A DNA stretch of 64,000 bases from Acidimicrobiales bacterium (GTDB lineage Bacteria; Actinomycetota; Acidimicrobiia; Acidimicrobiales; SZUA-35), in assembly GCA_020630195.1 (NCBI GenBank), contig JAHDBV010000001.1, positions 72,314 to 136,313 on the forward strand, in the 5' to 3' direction. The notes under the pieces are model-generated. The model was not told where the DNA came from. It saw nothing but the letters and a program-made list of their open reading frames with translations, and did no database searches. Below are positions 1-7,711 of the stretch, in pieces; position 1 is the stretch's first letter, and each line of letters begins with the position of its first letter. The translations under genes were made by a program, and so were the position numbers.

Positions 1-1
1 G

Positions 2-1519
2 GTCGCCGCGCTGGTCGTGCTCGGGGCCTGCACCTCCGGTGCCGACGATTCGGCCGCGCCCGGCGTCGAACCCCCTCCGGCCCTCGATGTCACCGACGCG
101 CCGGTCGACCCGGGACTCGGCGACAACGAGCCGCCTTCGGATGCCGAGATCGACGCCGCCACCGACGATCGCACCGCCGCGTTACGCGCGGCCGTCGACT
201 CGTTCGACGTCGCCCCCGCGGCATGGGCCGACTGTGGTGACGGATTCGACTGCGCCACGGTCGAGGTCCCCCTCGATCACCTCGAGCCCGGAGGCGAACG
301 CATCGAGATCGCACTGCGCCGGCGGCCGGCCGACGGCGAGGCCCTCGGCTCGTTGTTCATCAACCCCGGCGGTCCCGGCGGTTCGGGCACCGAGATGGTC
401 GGCTGGTTCACCGGTGACCCTCGCACACTGGCCAACTACGACGTGGTCGGCTTCGACCCTCGGGGAGTCGGCGAGTCGACGGCACCATCGTGTTCGATCA
501 GCCTCATCGATGGCCCACTCCCCGACTTCTCCCCCGACGATGCGGCCGAGACCGCCACACTCGACGAGTTGTGGTCCGGGTTCGCCGCCGAGTGCGCAGC
601 GAGCGACGGCGAGCTGCTCGCCCATCTCGGAACCGAGGCGGTGGCCGCGGATCTCGAGCTGCTCCGCCGGGCGGTCGGTGACGAGACGCTTACCTACGTC
701 GGCTACAGCTACGGCTCGGATGTCGGCCTGAACTATGCGGAGCTGTTCGGCGATCGAGCCGGCCGGCTCGTCCTCGACGGGATCGTCGACCCGTCGGCGA
801 GCCTCACCGAGGTGCTCGCCGGCCAGGCCGCCGGGTTCGATGCGGTGATGGCCCGGGCGGACGCCGCGTGCGGTTCCGCGTTCGAGTGTGGCGATGGCGG
901 CTTGCTCGCGTCGCACGATCGCGTGTCGGCCGCACTCGAGAACGCCCCGGTCGGGGAGGTCGGCCCGACCGAACTCGCCACCGCCATGATCCTCGCCGGC
1001 TACGACGAGGGACTGTGGCCGCTCCTGGCCGACGCGCTCGTGCAGGCCGAGGGCGGCGACATGTCCCGGATCGAGCTGCTGAGCGACTCCTACTACGGGC
1101 TCGTCGACTTCACGGCCTATGTGTCGGTGAACTGTCTCGACACGCCGTCCCCCGACGATCCGGCCGGCTGGGACGCGTTCACCGCATCGATGGCGGAGAT
1201 CTCGCCCCGGTTCGGCCCGAGCGTGGCCTCCGACATGCGGGCGTGCGCCCACTGGCCGGTCGGCACCGACGAACCCGCCGAGGCGATCTCCGCCCCGCTC
1301 GCTCCCCCGATCCTCGTGATCGGCACGGTCGGTGATCCGGCGACCCCGTTCGGGAACGCGGTGGCCGTCGCCGAGGCACTGGAGCGTGGCGTGCTGGTCA
1401 CCCACGAAGGTGAGGGGCACACGATCTACGGCAACGGCAACGGCTGCATCGACGAGCTGGTGTCGTCGTTCCTGGTGGACGGGATCGTGCCGGACGTCGA
1501 TCCGGTCTGCCCCGCCTGA
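2..1519 (+). CDS. Secreted alpha/beta-hydrolase, Tap-like tripeptidyl aminopeptidase family (S33), probable lipoprotein; 5' end lies outside the window
   Basis: ORF 17..1519 stays open in frame to the window edge. Codons 2..16 read VAALV, giving a ...VVLGAC lipobox-like signal end. It carries GGPGGSG and GYSYGS (G-x-S-x-G nucleophile elbow) motifs and is about 500 aa. Confidence 0.7.
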   Translation, partial: VAALVVLGACTSGADDSAAPGVEPPPALDVTDAPVDPGLGDNEPPSDAEIDAATDDRTAALRAAVDSFDVAPAAWADCGDGFDCATVEVPLDHLEPGGERIEIALRRRPADGEALGSLFINPGGPGGSGTEMVGWFTGDPRTLANYDVVGFDPRGVGESTAPSCSISLIDGPLPDFSPDDAAETATLDELWSGFAAECAASDGELLAHLGTEAVAADLELLRRAVGDETLTYVGYSYGSDVGLNYAELFGDRAGRLVLDGIVDPSASLTEVLAGQAAGFDAVMARADAACGSAFECGDGGLLASHDRVSAALENAPVGEVGPTELATAMILAGYDEGLWPLLADALVQAEGGDMSRIELLSDSYYGLVDFTAYVSVNCLDTPSPDDPAGWDAFTASMAEISPRFGPSVASDMRACAHWPVGTDEPAEAISAPLAPPILVIGTVGDPATPFGNAVAVAEALERGVLVTHEGEGHTIYGNGNGCIDELVSSFLVDGIVPDVDPVCPA

Positions 1520-1523
1520 GCGG

Positions 1524-2039
1524 TCACAACCGGATCGAGCCGATCGTCGTGGCCACGAGCTGGTCGATCTCGGTGACGGCCTTGCGATAGCGCCGCATCG
1601 ACCGCTTGTACGGGTCGTCGACGTCGTAGCGGGAGTCGAGGTAGCGCATCGGGTCCCGACCCTCGAGCGACCCGATGAACTCCTCCAGGGTCTGACCGGG
1701 CCGGACACGCTGAGCGGCGTCGACGAGCGGGATCATCTTGCCGAAGGCGTCCGGGGCGATGACCGTCGCCTCCTGGAGGTGGCGGGCCTCCATCGTGAGG
1801 ACCAGGTCGGCGGCGGTGAGCGTGTCGGCGTCGAGGATCGCGGACCGGTGGGGCCGGACGTCGACGGAGAGGTCGTCGAGTGCGGTGGCGAGTTCCTTCG
1901 GGGACTCGCGACCGTCGAACATGAATCCGGCCGAGCGGAACAACGCCGCGTCTTCACCGAAACGGTGGCGGGCGAGGTATTCGGCGGCGGGAGATCGGCA
2001 GATGTTCGCCGTGCAGACGAACAGGATGGCGGCGGGCAC
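1524..2039 (-). CDS. Low-molecular-weight protein-tyrosine phosphatase (LMW-PTP)
   Basis: Lies inside ORF 1524..2222. GTG at 2039 precedes ILFVCTANICRSPAAE (C-x5-R-S P-loop), and a DVDDPY Asp loop sits near the C-terminus. At about 171 aa it is the normal LMW-PTP size. The longer ORF N-terminus is R/G/S-rich and not coding-like. Confidence 0.8.
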   Translation of the reverse strand: MPAAILFVCTANICRSPAAEYLARHRFGEDAALFRSAGFMFDGRESPKELATALDDLSVDVRPHRSAILDADTLTAADLVLTMEARHLQEATVIAPDAFGKMIPLVDAAQRVRPGQTLEEFIGSLEGRDPMRYLDSRYDVDDPYKRSMRRYRKAVTEIDQLVATTIGSIRL

Positions 2040-2244
2040 GGGCGGGAGTCTACGTCCGTCGACGCCCCGGGGCCGTGGACCACCACTCCCCCGTCGCCGG
2101 GTGATTCGCGGAAGCGGATGGCACGAATGGGCCCCTCCCGCTGATCGGCGTGAGAGACTGACCGACGGTCGGGCTGCCTCGCCGAGTGGAGGTGAGCAGC
2201 CGCTTCGTCCCCGATCGCCCATTGCCTACCCACTGGTCACTTCG

Positions 2245-2988
2245 ATGAGCCAACGCACACGAACCGAGCTGCGGAGCCTCCTCCTCGACGCCGGCGCCGC
2301 GCTCATCGAACGCGACGGCATCGGGCTCGAACTGGCCGAGATCACCTACGCCGAGGTGTTCGAGTTCCTCGAGGCGACGACGGGCATCCGGGTCACCCGG
2401 GCGTCGGTCCACAATCGCATCTGGCCGTCGCAGCGGGACTTCCAGCTCGAGGTCGTGGCCGAAGCGGTGCGCCGATGGGATGTGGGCGACGACGTGCCCG
2501 AGCTCCGGACGCTCGTCGGCGACGCCGTCGACACGCTCGGTGATGCGGTGAGCATCTCGGACCTCCTCGACCACCTCTGCCAGAACGTGGGGCTCGTCGC
2601 TCTCTCAGGGTGGTCGACGGCGCGGAGCTGGCGGATGTTCAACGCGCTGTGGACCGTGTTCGAGGCCACGCCGGTGCACGAACGTGCCGATCTCACCGAC
2701 TTCGGCGACAGCGTCCGCGAGACCTACCGGGCGTCGCTGCGGCGGGACCGCGAACACTGGCAGGACTTCGTCGACCAGACCGGGCTCACCCTCCGTGACG
2801 AGGTCGACGACCCGACCATGATGTTCTCGATGCTCTCGAGCGGGCTCCTCGAAGGGGCCTACCTGCTTCGCTTCCTGTGGGACGACGACGCCGACGAACC
2901 GAGCGACACCGACCGGTGGACCCCGTTCGCCATCGGGCTGCGGGCCTTCGCCGCCGCCACCGTCGACGAAGGCGACGCGGACTCGTGA
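2245..2988 (+). CDS. TetR-like HTH transcriptional regulator (divergent), paralog 1
   Basis: ATG 2245 lies inside ORF 1738..2988. An N-terminal HTH-like segment ITYAEVFEFLEATTGIRVTRASVHNRIWPSQRDFQLEV parallels the TetR_N pattern, and the rest looks all-alpha. Confidence 0.5.
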   Translation: MSQRTRTELRSLLLDAGAALIERDGIGLELAEITYAEVFEFLEATTGIRVTRASVHNRIWPSQRDFQLEVVAEAVRRWDVGDDVPELRTLVGDAVDTLGDAVSISDLLDHLCQNVGLVALSGWSTARSWRMFNALWTVFEATPVHERADLTDFGDSVRETYRASLRRDREHWQDFVDQTGLTLRDEVDDPTMMFSMLSSGLLEGAYLLRFLWDDDADEPSDTDRWTPFAIGLRAFAAATVDEGDADS

Positions 2989-3761
2989 GCGAGACCCAGC
3001 GTCGACGGAGCCGTGAGGAGCTGCGCGAGCTCGTGCTCGACGCGGCGTATCGGTTGCTCGACGACAACGGCATCCGGCTCGAGCCGTCGTCGATCTCCTA
3101 CCAGCGGGTCTTCGACCACCTCGAGGCGACGACCGGTGTCACGACGACGCGGGGTTCGGTGCACGAGCGGATCTGGTCGTCCCAGGCCGAGTTCCAGCGT
3201 GACGTGCTCGGGCGGGCGATCGAGACCCTGCACCGGCCCGACGAGGACGCCACCGCCCGGGCCGTGGAGACGGTGCTGGCCACCGCCGATCTCGAGACCT
3301 TGCCCGGCCGCCGCCAGGCGCTGCGTGATCTCAACCGGGTCGGTGTGGCCGAGGAGGAACGTCAGGCGTGGGAGTCGGTCCAGGCCCGGCTCGTGGCTGC
3401 GGTCTCGGCGGTCGTGTCGACCCTGCCTCGGGAGGAACGCGCCGACTACGCCGATCTGATGGCCGCGGCGAGGGCCAACCAGATGATGCGCTTCGACCGC
3501 AACGTCGAGTTGTTCTCGGCCCTCGCCACGTTGCTACGCACGACCGTGCGACCCGACCTCGGACTCACACACGACGAGGGTGTGCGGATGTGCGCCCGTG
3601 TGGTGACCCTCCACTTCGAGGGCGCGTTCGCCCGGAACACCTACAGCGACCAGCCCGCGACGATCGACGTCCGGGCCGCCGATGGCACCCTCGAGACGTG
3701 GTCGCTGCTGGCGTGGGGTGCCTACAAGATCGTCGAGTGGATCTCGGTCTTCGAGGACTGA
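2985..3761 (+). CDS. TetR-like HTH transcriptional regulator (divergent), paralog 2
   Basis: GTG 2985 overlaps the stop of the previous gene (GTGA). The N-terminal SISYQRVFDHLEATTGVTTTRGSVHERIWSSQAEFQRDV is about half identical to the upstream paralog. Confidence 0.5.
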   Translation: MSETQRRRSREELRELVLDAAYRLLDDNGIRLEPSSISYQRVFDHLEATTGVTTTRGSVHERIWSSQAEFQRDVLGRAIETLHRPDEDATARAVETVLATADLETLPGRRQALRDLNRVGVAEEERQAWESVQARLVAAVSAVVSTLPREERADYADLMAAARANQMMRFDRNVELFSALATLLRTTVRPDLGLTHDEGVRMCARVVTLHFEGAFARNTYSDQPATIDVRAADGTLETWSLLAWGAYKIVEWISVFED

Positions 3762-3798
3762 TCCGAGCGGCAGCCGGCTGGTGCCCCGGCGGCGCTGC

Positions 3799-4491
3799 TC
3801 AGACGGGTGGTTCGCTGAAGCTGAGCTTCTCGTAGACCTCGTCGTCGCTCATCGCGTCGAGGATCTGCCGGACGGCGTCGGGATTGCGGAGATCGGGCTT
3901 GTCGGCGCTCTCGGCCGGCTGCGGCACGGGGTCGGTCGGCGGCACGAAGGCGGGCGGATGGATCAGCTCGGCGAGCTCCTCCGGCGTGATGCCGCACTCG
4001 GCGACGACCTCGGGGTCGACCCAGCGGTCGGGGTCGACCTCGCTCGTGTAGGCCGAGACCTCGAGCACGGCGCCCTCGGGACCGCGGAAGTAGATCGACT
4101 CGGTGAACCCGTGATCGATCGGGCCCATCACGCGGTAGCCATGGCTCCGGATCCGATCCCGCATGGCCCGGAGGTCATCGAGGGTGTCGACCCCGAACGC
4201 GAGGTGTTGCATCGAGCCGGGGGCGGTCGTGTCGGCGCCGTTGCGGGCGTGGGTCACGCCGAGCTGTTCGTCGATCTCGGCCATCGCGGGGAGGAACACG
4301 AAGCTCATCTGTGAGCTGGGGTTGAGCTCCAGGAACGCGTGGATACCACCGGGCACGCCGTGCATGCGGAACAGGCCCTTGAGCTCCATGCCGAGCACAC
4401 TCGTGTAGAAGCCGAGCACACCCTTCATGTCGGCCGTGGATGCGGCGAGATGGTGGATGGCGTTGACCCGGGCGTTGCTGATGGTCGACAC
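3799..4491 (-). CDS. VOC (glyoxalase/bleomycin-resistance/dioxygenase fold) family protein
   Basis: GTG 4491 has GGAGG about 7 nt upstream. Two VOC-type modules are visible (IHHLAAST...GMEL and MQHLAFGVD...GPID). The C-terminal tail is acidic and Pro-rich. Confidence 0.6.
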   Translation of the reverse strand: MSTISNARVNAIHHLAASTADMKGVLGFYTSVLGMELKGLFRMHGVPGGIHAFLELNPSSQMSFVFLPAMAEIDEQLGVTHARNGADTTAPGSMQHLAFGVDTLDDLRAMRDRIRSHGYRVMGPIDHGFTESIYFRGPEGAVLEVSAYTSEVDPDRWVDPEVVAECGITPEELAELIHPPAFVPPTDPVPQPAESADKPDLRNPDAVRQILDAMSDDEVYEKLSFSEPPV

Positions 4492-4508
4492 GTTGGACCT
4501 CCGGAGGA

Positions 4509-5456
4509 TCAGACGCCCCGGGCGTCCGAGGCGTGTTCCAGGAACCAGTCGTAGGTCGAGCGGAGCCCGGTCGCCAAATCGACCGACGCCTTCCATCCGA
4601 GCCGTTCGAGCTTCGACACGTCGAGCAGCTTGCGGGGCATGCCATCGGGCTTCGAGGTGTCGAAGACCAACTCGGCGTCGGGATGCACGATGTCGCGGAT
4701 CTGCTCGGCGAGGCGACGGATCGGGAGATCCTCACCGGTGCCCACGTTGATGTGACCGGGTTCGTCGTAGTGCTCCATCAGGAACACGCAGGCATCGGCG
4801 AGATCGTCGACGTGGAGGAACTCACGCATCGCGGAGCCGGTCCCCCAGATCGGGACCTCCACCTCGCCACGGATCTTGGCGTCGTGGAACTTCCGCATCA
4901 GCGCCGGGATGACGTGGGAGGCGGTGAGATCGAAGTTGTCACCCGGGCCGTAGAGGTTGGTCGGCATCGCCGAGATGAAATCGGCGCCGTACTGGGCCCG
5001 GTAGCTCTCGCACAGCTTGATGCCGGCGATCTTGGCCAGCGCGTAGCTCTCGTTCGTCGGCTCGAGCGGTCCGGTGAGCAGCGCCGACTCGGGGATCGGC
5101 TGCGGCGCGTGGCGGGGATAGATGCACGACGAGCCGAGGTAGAGCAGGCGTCGCACGCCGACCCGGTGGGCGGCGTGCACCACCGTGCCGTGGATCATCA
5201 TGTTGTCGTAGAGGAACTCGGCCGGCCGGGTTCGGTTCGCCTCGATGCCGCCGACGGTGCCGGCGACGAGGTAGACGAACTCGGGTCGGTGGTGTTCGAA
5301 CCACTCGTCGACGGCCGACTGGTGCCGGAGGTCGAGCTCGGACCGGGTCGCCGTGAGGATGTTCGTGTGGCCGGCGGCCTCGAGCCGGCGCCGCAGGGCG
5401 GAGCCGACGAGTCCGCGGTGGCCGGCGACGAAGACGGGGGCGTCGAGGGCGGGCAT
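4509..5456 (-). CDS. fcl: GDP-L-fucose synthase (GDP-4-keto-6-deoxy-D-mannose 3,5-epimerase/4-reductase)
   Basis: 315 aa. It has the [14 protein letters not shown] Rossmann motif. [39 protein letters not shown] closely matches the E. coli Fcl segment LGSSCIYP...EPTNEPYAIAK. Confidence 0.85.
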   Translation of the reverse strand: MPALDAPVFVAGHRGLVGSALRRRLEAAGHTNILTATRSELDLRHQSAVDEWFEHHRPEFVYLVAGTVGGIEANRTRPAEFLYDNMMIHGTVVHAAHRVGVRRLLYLGSSCIYPRHAPQPIPESALLTGPLEPTNESYALAKIAGIKLCESYRAQYGADFISAMPTNLYGPGDNFDLTASHVIPALMRKFHDAKIRGEVEVPIWGTGSAMREFLHVDDLADACVFLMEHYDEPGHINVGTGEDLPIRRLAEQIRDIVHPDAELVFDTSKPDGMPRKLLDVSKLERLGWKASVDLATGLRSTYDWFLEHASDARGV

Positions 5457-5465
5457 GGCCCGAGA

Positions 5466-6584
5466 CTAGTTCCGGGGGGCGACCGCCCGGAGGTCTCGCC
5501 GGGTGAACCGGGTCCGCCAGTTGGCGTGCACGTTGAGCAGGTAGTTCGACGGGGCGGCGGCCGCGGTGCCGACGGGCCACGCGGTCCACCAGGGCAGGCC
5601 CTCGGGCCAGATCTCCCGGATGCCCTTCGACAGGACGAGGCCGTGCACGCTGACGGCGGCGAACACGACGAGCCCCCGCAGCCACGGCCCGGCACCTCGC
5701 CGGGCGATGGCGGCGAACGTCCAGCGGTTGTCGAGCCAGTAGTTCCACAGGATCGAGAGCGCGGTGGCGACCGGCCAGAACTCGTCCCGGTCGATCAGGA
5801 GCAGAAGTCCGAACGCGACGAGCTGCACGAGCAGGCCGCTGAGGCCGACGAGCAGATAGCGGACGAACCGAGCGGAGGCGAGCCGTCCCGTGGCGATCGT
5901 CGCGAGCGCGACGAGGAACTCGAGTGCGATCCCACCCGACATCTTCGTCTCGCCGGCGTGGCGACCCCGGAACTCGTAGCCGACCTCGGTGATCTTCGGC
6001 TCGCCGCGGGCGATGAGCTCGAGGAGGATCTTGAAGCCCCGGGGGTCGATCTCGGAGGCGACGCCGTCGTAGTAGCGCTTCGAGACGGCGAAGAACCCGC
6101 TCATCGGGTCGTTCACCGGAGCCTGGAGCAGGACCGCGGCGAGTTCACGGCCGCCGTAGCTGACCAGTCGACGGGGAGCGGAGAAGTCGCCGTAGCTCCC
6201 ACCTTCGGCTTCTCGGGAGCCCACGGCGATGTCGTGCCCGTCGTTCACCGCGGCGGCGAGCGCCGGGATGATCCGCTCGTCGTGCTGGAGATCGGCGTCC
6301 ATCACGACCACCGTGGGAGCGGTGGCCGCTTCGATGCCGGCGACGACAGCGGAACTCAGACCACGCTCGTGGACCCGTCGGATCGAGCGGACGGGTTGGC
6401 CCGGCTGGTCGAGGTCGGCGGCGACACGCCAGGTCTCGTCGGGCGAATCGTCGTCGACGACGACGATCTCGTGGTCGACATCAGCCAGCACGTCACGGAG
6501 CCGGGAGACCAACACGGGCACGTTCTCGGCCTCGTTGTAGGTCGGCAGGACGATCGAGATCGTCGCCGTGGTGACCGGTTCCAT
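5466..6584 (-). CDS. GT2 polyprenyl-phosphate sugar synthase-like glycosyltransferase fused to a C-terminal GtrA-like membrane domain
   Basis: ISIVLPTYNEAENVP...HEIVVVDDDSPDET is a GT2 signature resembling Ppm1/ArnC-type enzymes. The C-terminal multi-TM region (RFVRYLLVGLSGLLVQLVAFGLLLL...) is GtrA-like. I chose ATG 6584; TTG 6629, which overlaps the upstream gene by 7 nt, is an alternative start. Confidence 0.7.
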   Translation of the reverse strand: MEPVTTATISIVLPTYNEAENVPVLVSRLRDVLADVDHEIVVVDDDSPDETWRVAADLDQPGQPVRSIRRVHERGLSSAVVAGIEAATAPTVVVMDADLQHDERIIPALAAAVNDGHDIAVGSREAEGGSYGDFSAPRRLVSYGGRELAAVLLQAPVNDPMSGFFAVSKRYYDGVASEIDPRGFKILLELIARGEPKITEVGYEFRGRHAGETKMSGGIALEFLVALATIATGRLASARFVRYLLVGLSGLLVQLVAFGLLLLIDRDEFWPVATALSILWNYWLDNRWTFAAIARRGAGPWLRGLVVFAAVSVHGLVLSKGIREIWPEGLPWWTAWPVGTAAAAPSNYLLNVHANWRTRFTRRDLRAVAPRN

Positions 6585-6622
6585 CCCACCCACATCGGCG
6601 GGAGTGCTCGGCGTTTGATCGC

Positions 6623-7306
6623 TCAGCAACCGGTCCGGCGGAACATGACCACGACGGTCTTGGCGATGAGCTTCAGATCCGTCGTGAGACTCATCTGACC
6701 GACGTACATGGCGTCGAGGCGAAGACCCTTGCGCAGGTCACCGGACTTCCGCAGCTCTGACACCTGGAACGGTCCGGTGATACCCGGACGCACGAGCTCC
6801 CGGGCATGACCCAGCATGTGACGACTCGTCGCAACACTCACCAGCTCAGGGCGTGGGCCCACCAGGCTCATGTCGCCCTTCAGGACGTTCACGAGCTGCG
6901 GGATCTCGTCGATCGAAGAACGGCGGAGAAGCCGTCCCCATGGGCGGTGCCGCGGGTCGTCGTCGGACTTGTGCGCCCGCCGGCGATCGGGGCCGTCGAA
7001 GGGCTGGTTTCGCTCGCGCCGGTCCCGAAGCATCGTCCGGAACTTGTACATCCGGAACACCTCACCGTCGCGCCCGACGCGTTCCTGCACGATGATGGGT
7101 GATCCTGGTCCGAGCGTTGCTCGGATCGAGAGCGCGACAACGGCGAGGGTCGGAAGGAGCAAGACCAGCATCACGCCAGACACGAGGATGTCGATCGTCC
7201 GTTTGGTGAAGGAGTAGCGAGTTCCCACCTCGACGGGTCCCGAAGGGACCACCGATGCGGTGCCGCGCGGCGGGCTTGCAACCGCCGTTGCTGTACGCAC
7301 TGTCAC
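6623..7306 (-). CDS. Small monotopic phosphoglycosyl transferase (bacterial sugar transferase family), PGT-1
   Basis: KRTIDILVSGVMLVLLLPTLAVVAL membrane-associated helix, PIIVQERVG, YKFRTM and DEIPQLVNVLKGDMSLVGPRPE motifs. 227 aa. Confidence 0.8.
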   Translation of the reverse strand: MTVRTATAVASPPRGTASVVPSGPVEVGTRYSFTKRTIDILVSGVMLVLLLPTLAVVALSIRATLGPGSPIIVQERVGRDGEVFRMYKFRTMLRDRRERNQPFDGPDRRRAHKSDDDPRHRPWGRLLRRSSIDEIPQLVNVLKGDMSLVGPRPELVSVATSRHMLGHARELVRPGITGPFQVSELRKSGDLRKGLRLDAMYVGQMSLTTDLKLIAKTVVVMFRRTGC

Positions 7307-7316
7307 GGCGTCCGCG

Positions 7317-7664
7317 CTACTCGGAGACCCGCTGTGTCGCTCGCTGACGCCCCACCAGAAGACCGCCCAGGACGACCATGCCAGCTCCGGCTGCTGCGAG
7401 CCCGGCCGTCTCCGAGCCGGTGACGGGCAGCGTCTGCCCTCGCACCTGCGTCACGCCCAAGACCTCGGTACCTGCGGCACCTTCGGTGCCCGGGTCGCCC
7501 TGGCCCTTCACACCGGTATCTCCGGCGCCGGCGCAGGTATCGCCCGCCGCGCCCGGAGTCGAGGCCTCGCATTCGGCGACAGCACCGGCCGGGTGAGCTG
7601 CGAAGAACGACAAACCCACCACGGCGAGGCCCGCCAGGGACTTCGAAATCAGAGTCGTTCGCAT
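7317..7664 (-). CDS. Small secreted LPXTG-anchored protein (sortase substrate-like)
   Basis: Signal peptide MRTTLISKSLAGLAVVGLSFFAAHPAGA. The mature segment is about 55 aa, rich in G/T/D/A, with 2 Cys. The C-terminus has LPVTG, a hydrophobic stretch and an RQR tail. Confidence 0.6.
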   Translation of the reverse strand: MRTTLISKSLAGLAVVGLSFFAAHPAGAVAECEASTPGAAGDTCAGAGDTGVKGQGDPGTEGAAGTEVLGVTQVRGQTLPVTGSETAGLAAAGAGMVVLGGLLVGRQRATQRVSE

Positions 7665-7711
7665 GTGGGAAACGTTAGCACCGCTGGTCGGGAAGGCACG
7701 GGATGAACGCC

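Noticed and set aside
1738-2244. N-terminal 169-aa extension of ORF 1738..2988. Similar extensions occur at 25199-25372, 26560-26796, 31081-31605, 34942-35217, 43432-43725, 54776-55003, 55188-55397 and 62215-62457.
   Set aside because: The extensions are R/S/P-rich and overlap neighbouring genes or their antisense strands. The family-typical N-termini begin at the internal start codons I chose, several of which have visible GGAGG-like RBS sequences.
4533-6698. A 721-aa + strand ORF, the longest in the window
   Set aside because: It lies entirely antisense to the clearly recognisable fcl and GT2-GtrA genes. Its composition is R/G/D/E/V/H/P-rich with no motifs. This is a typical shadow ORF of high-GC DNA.
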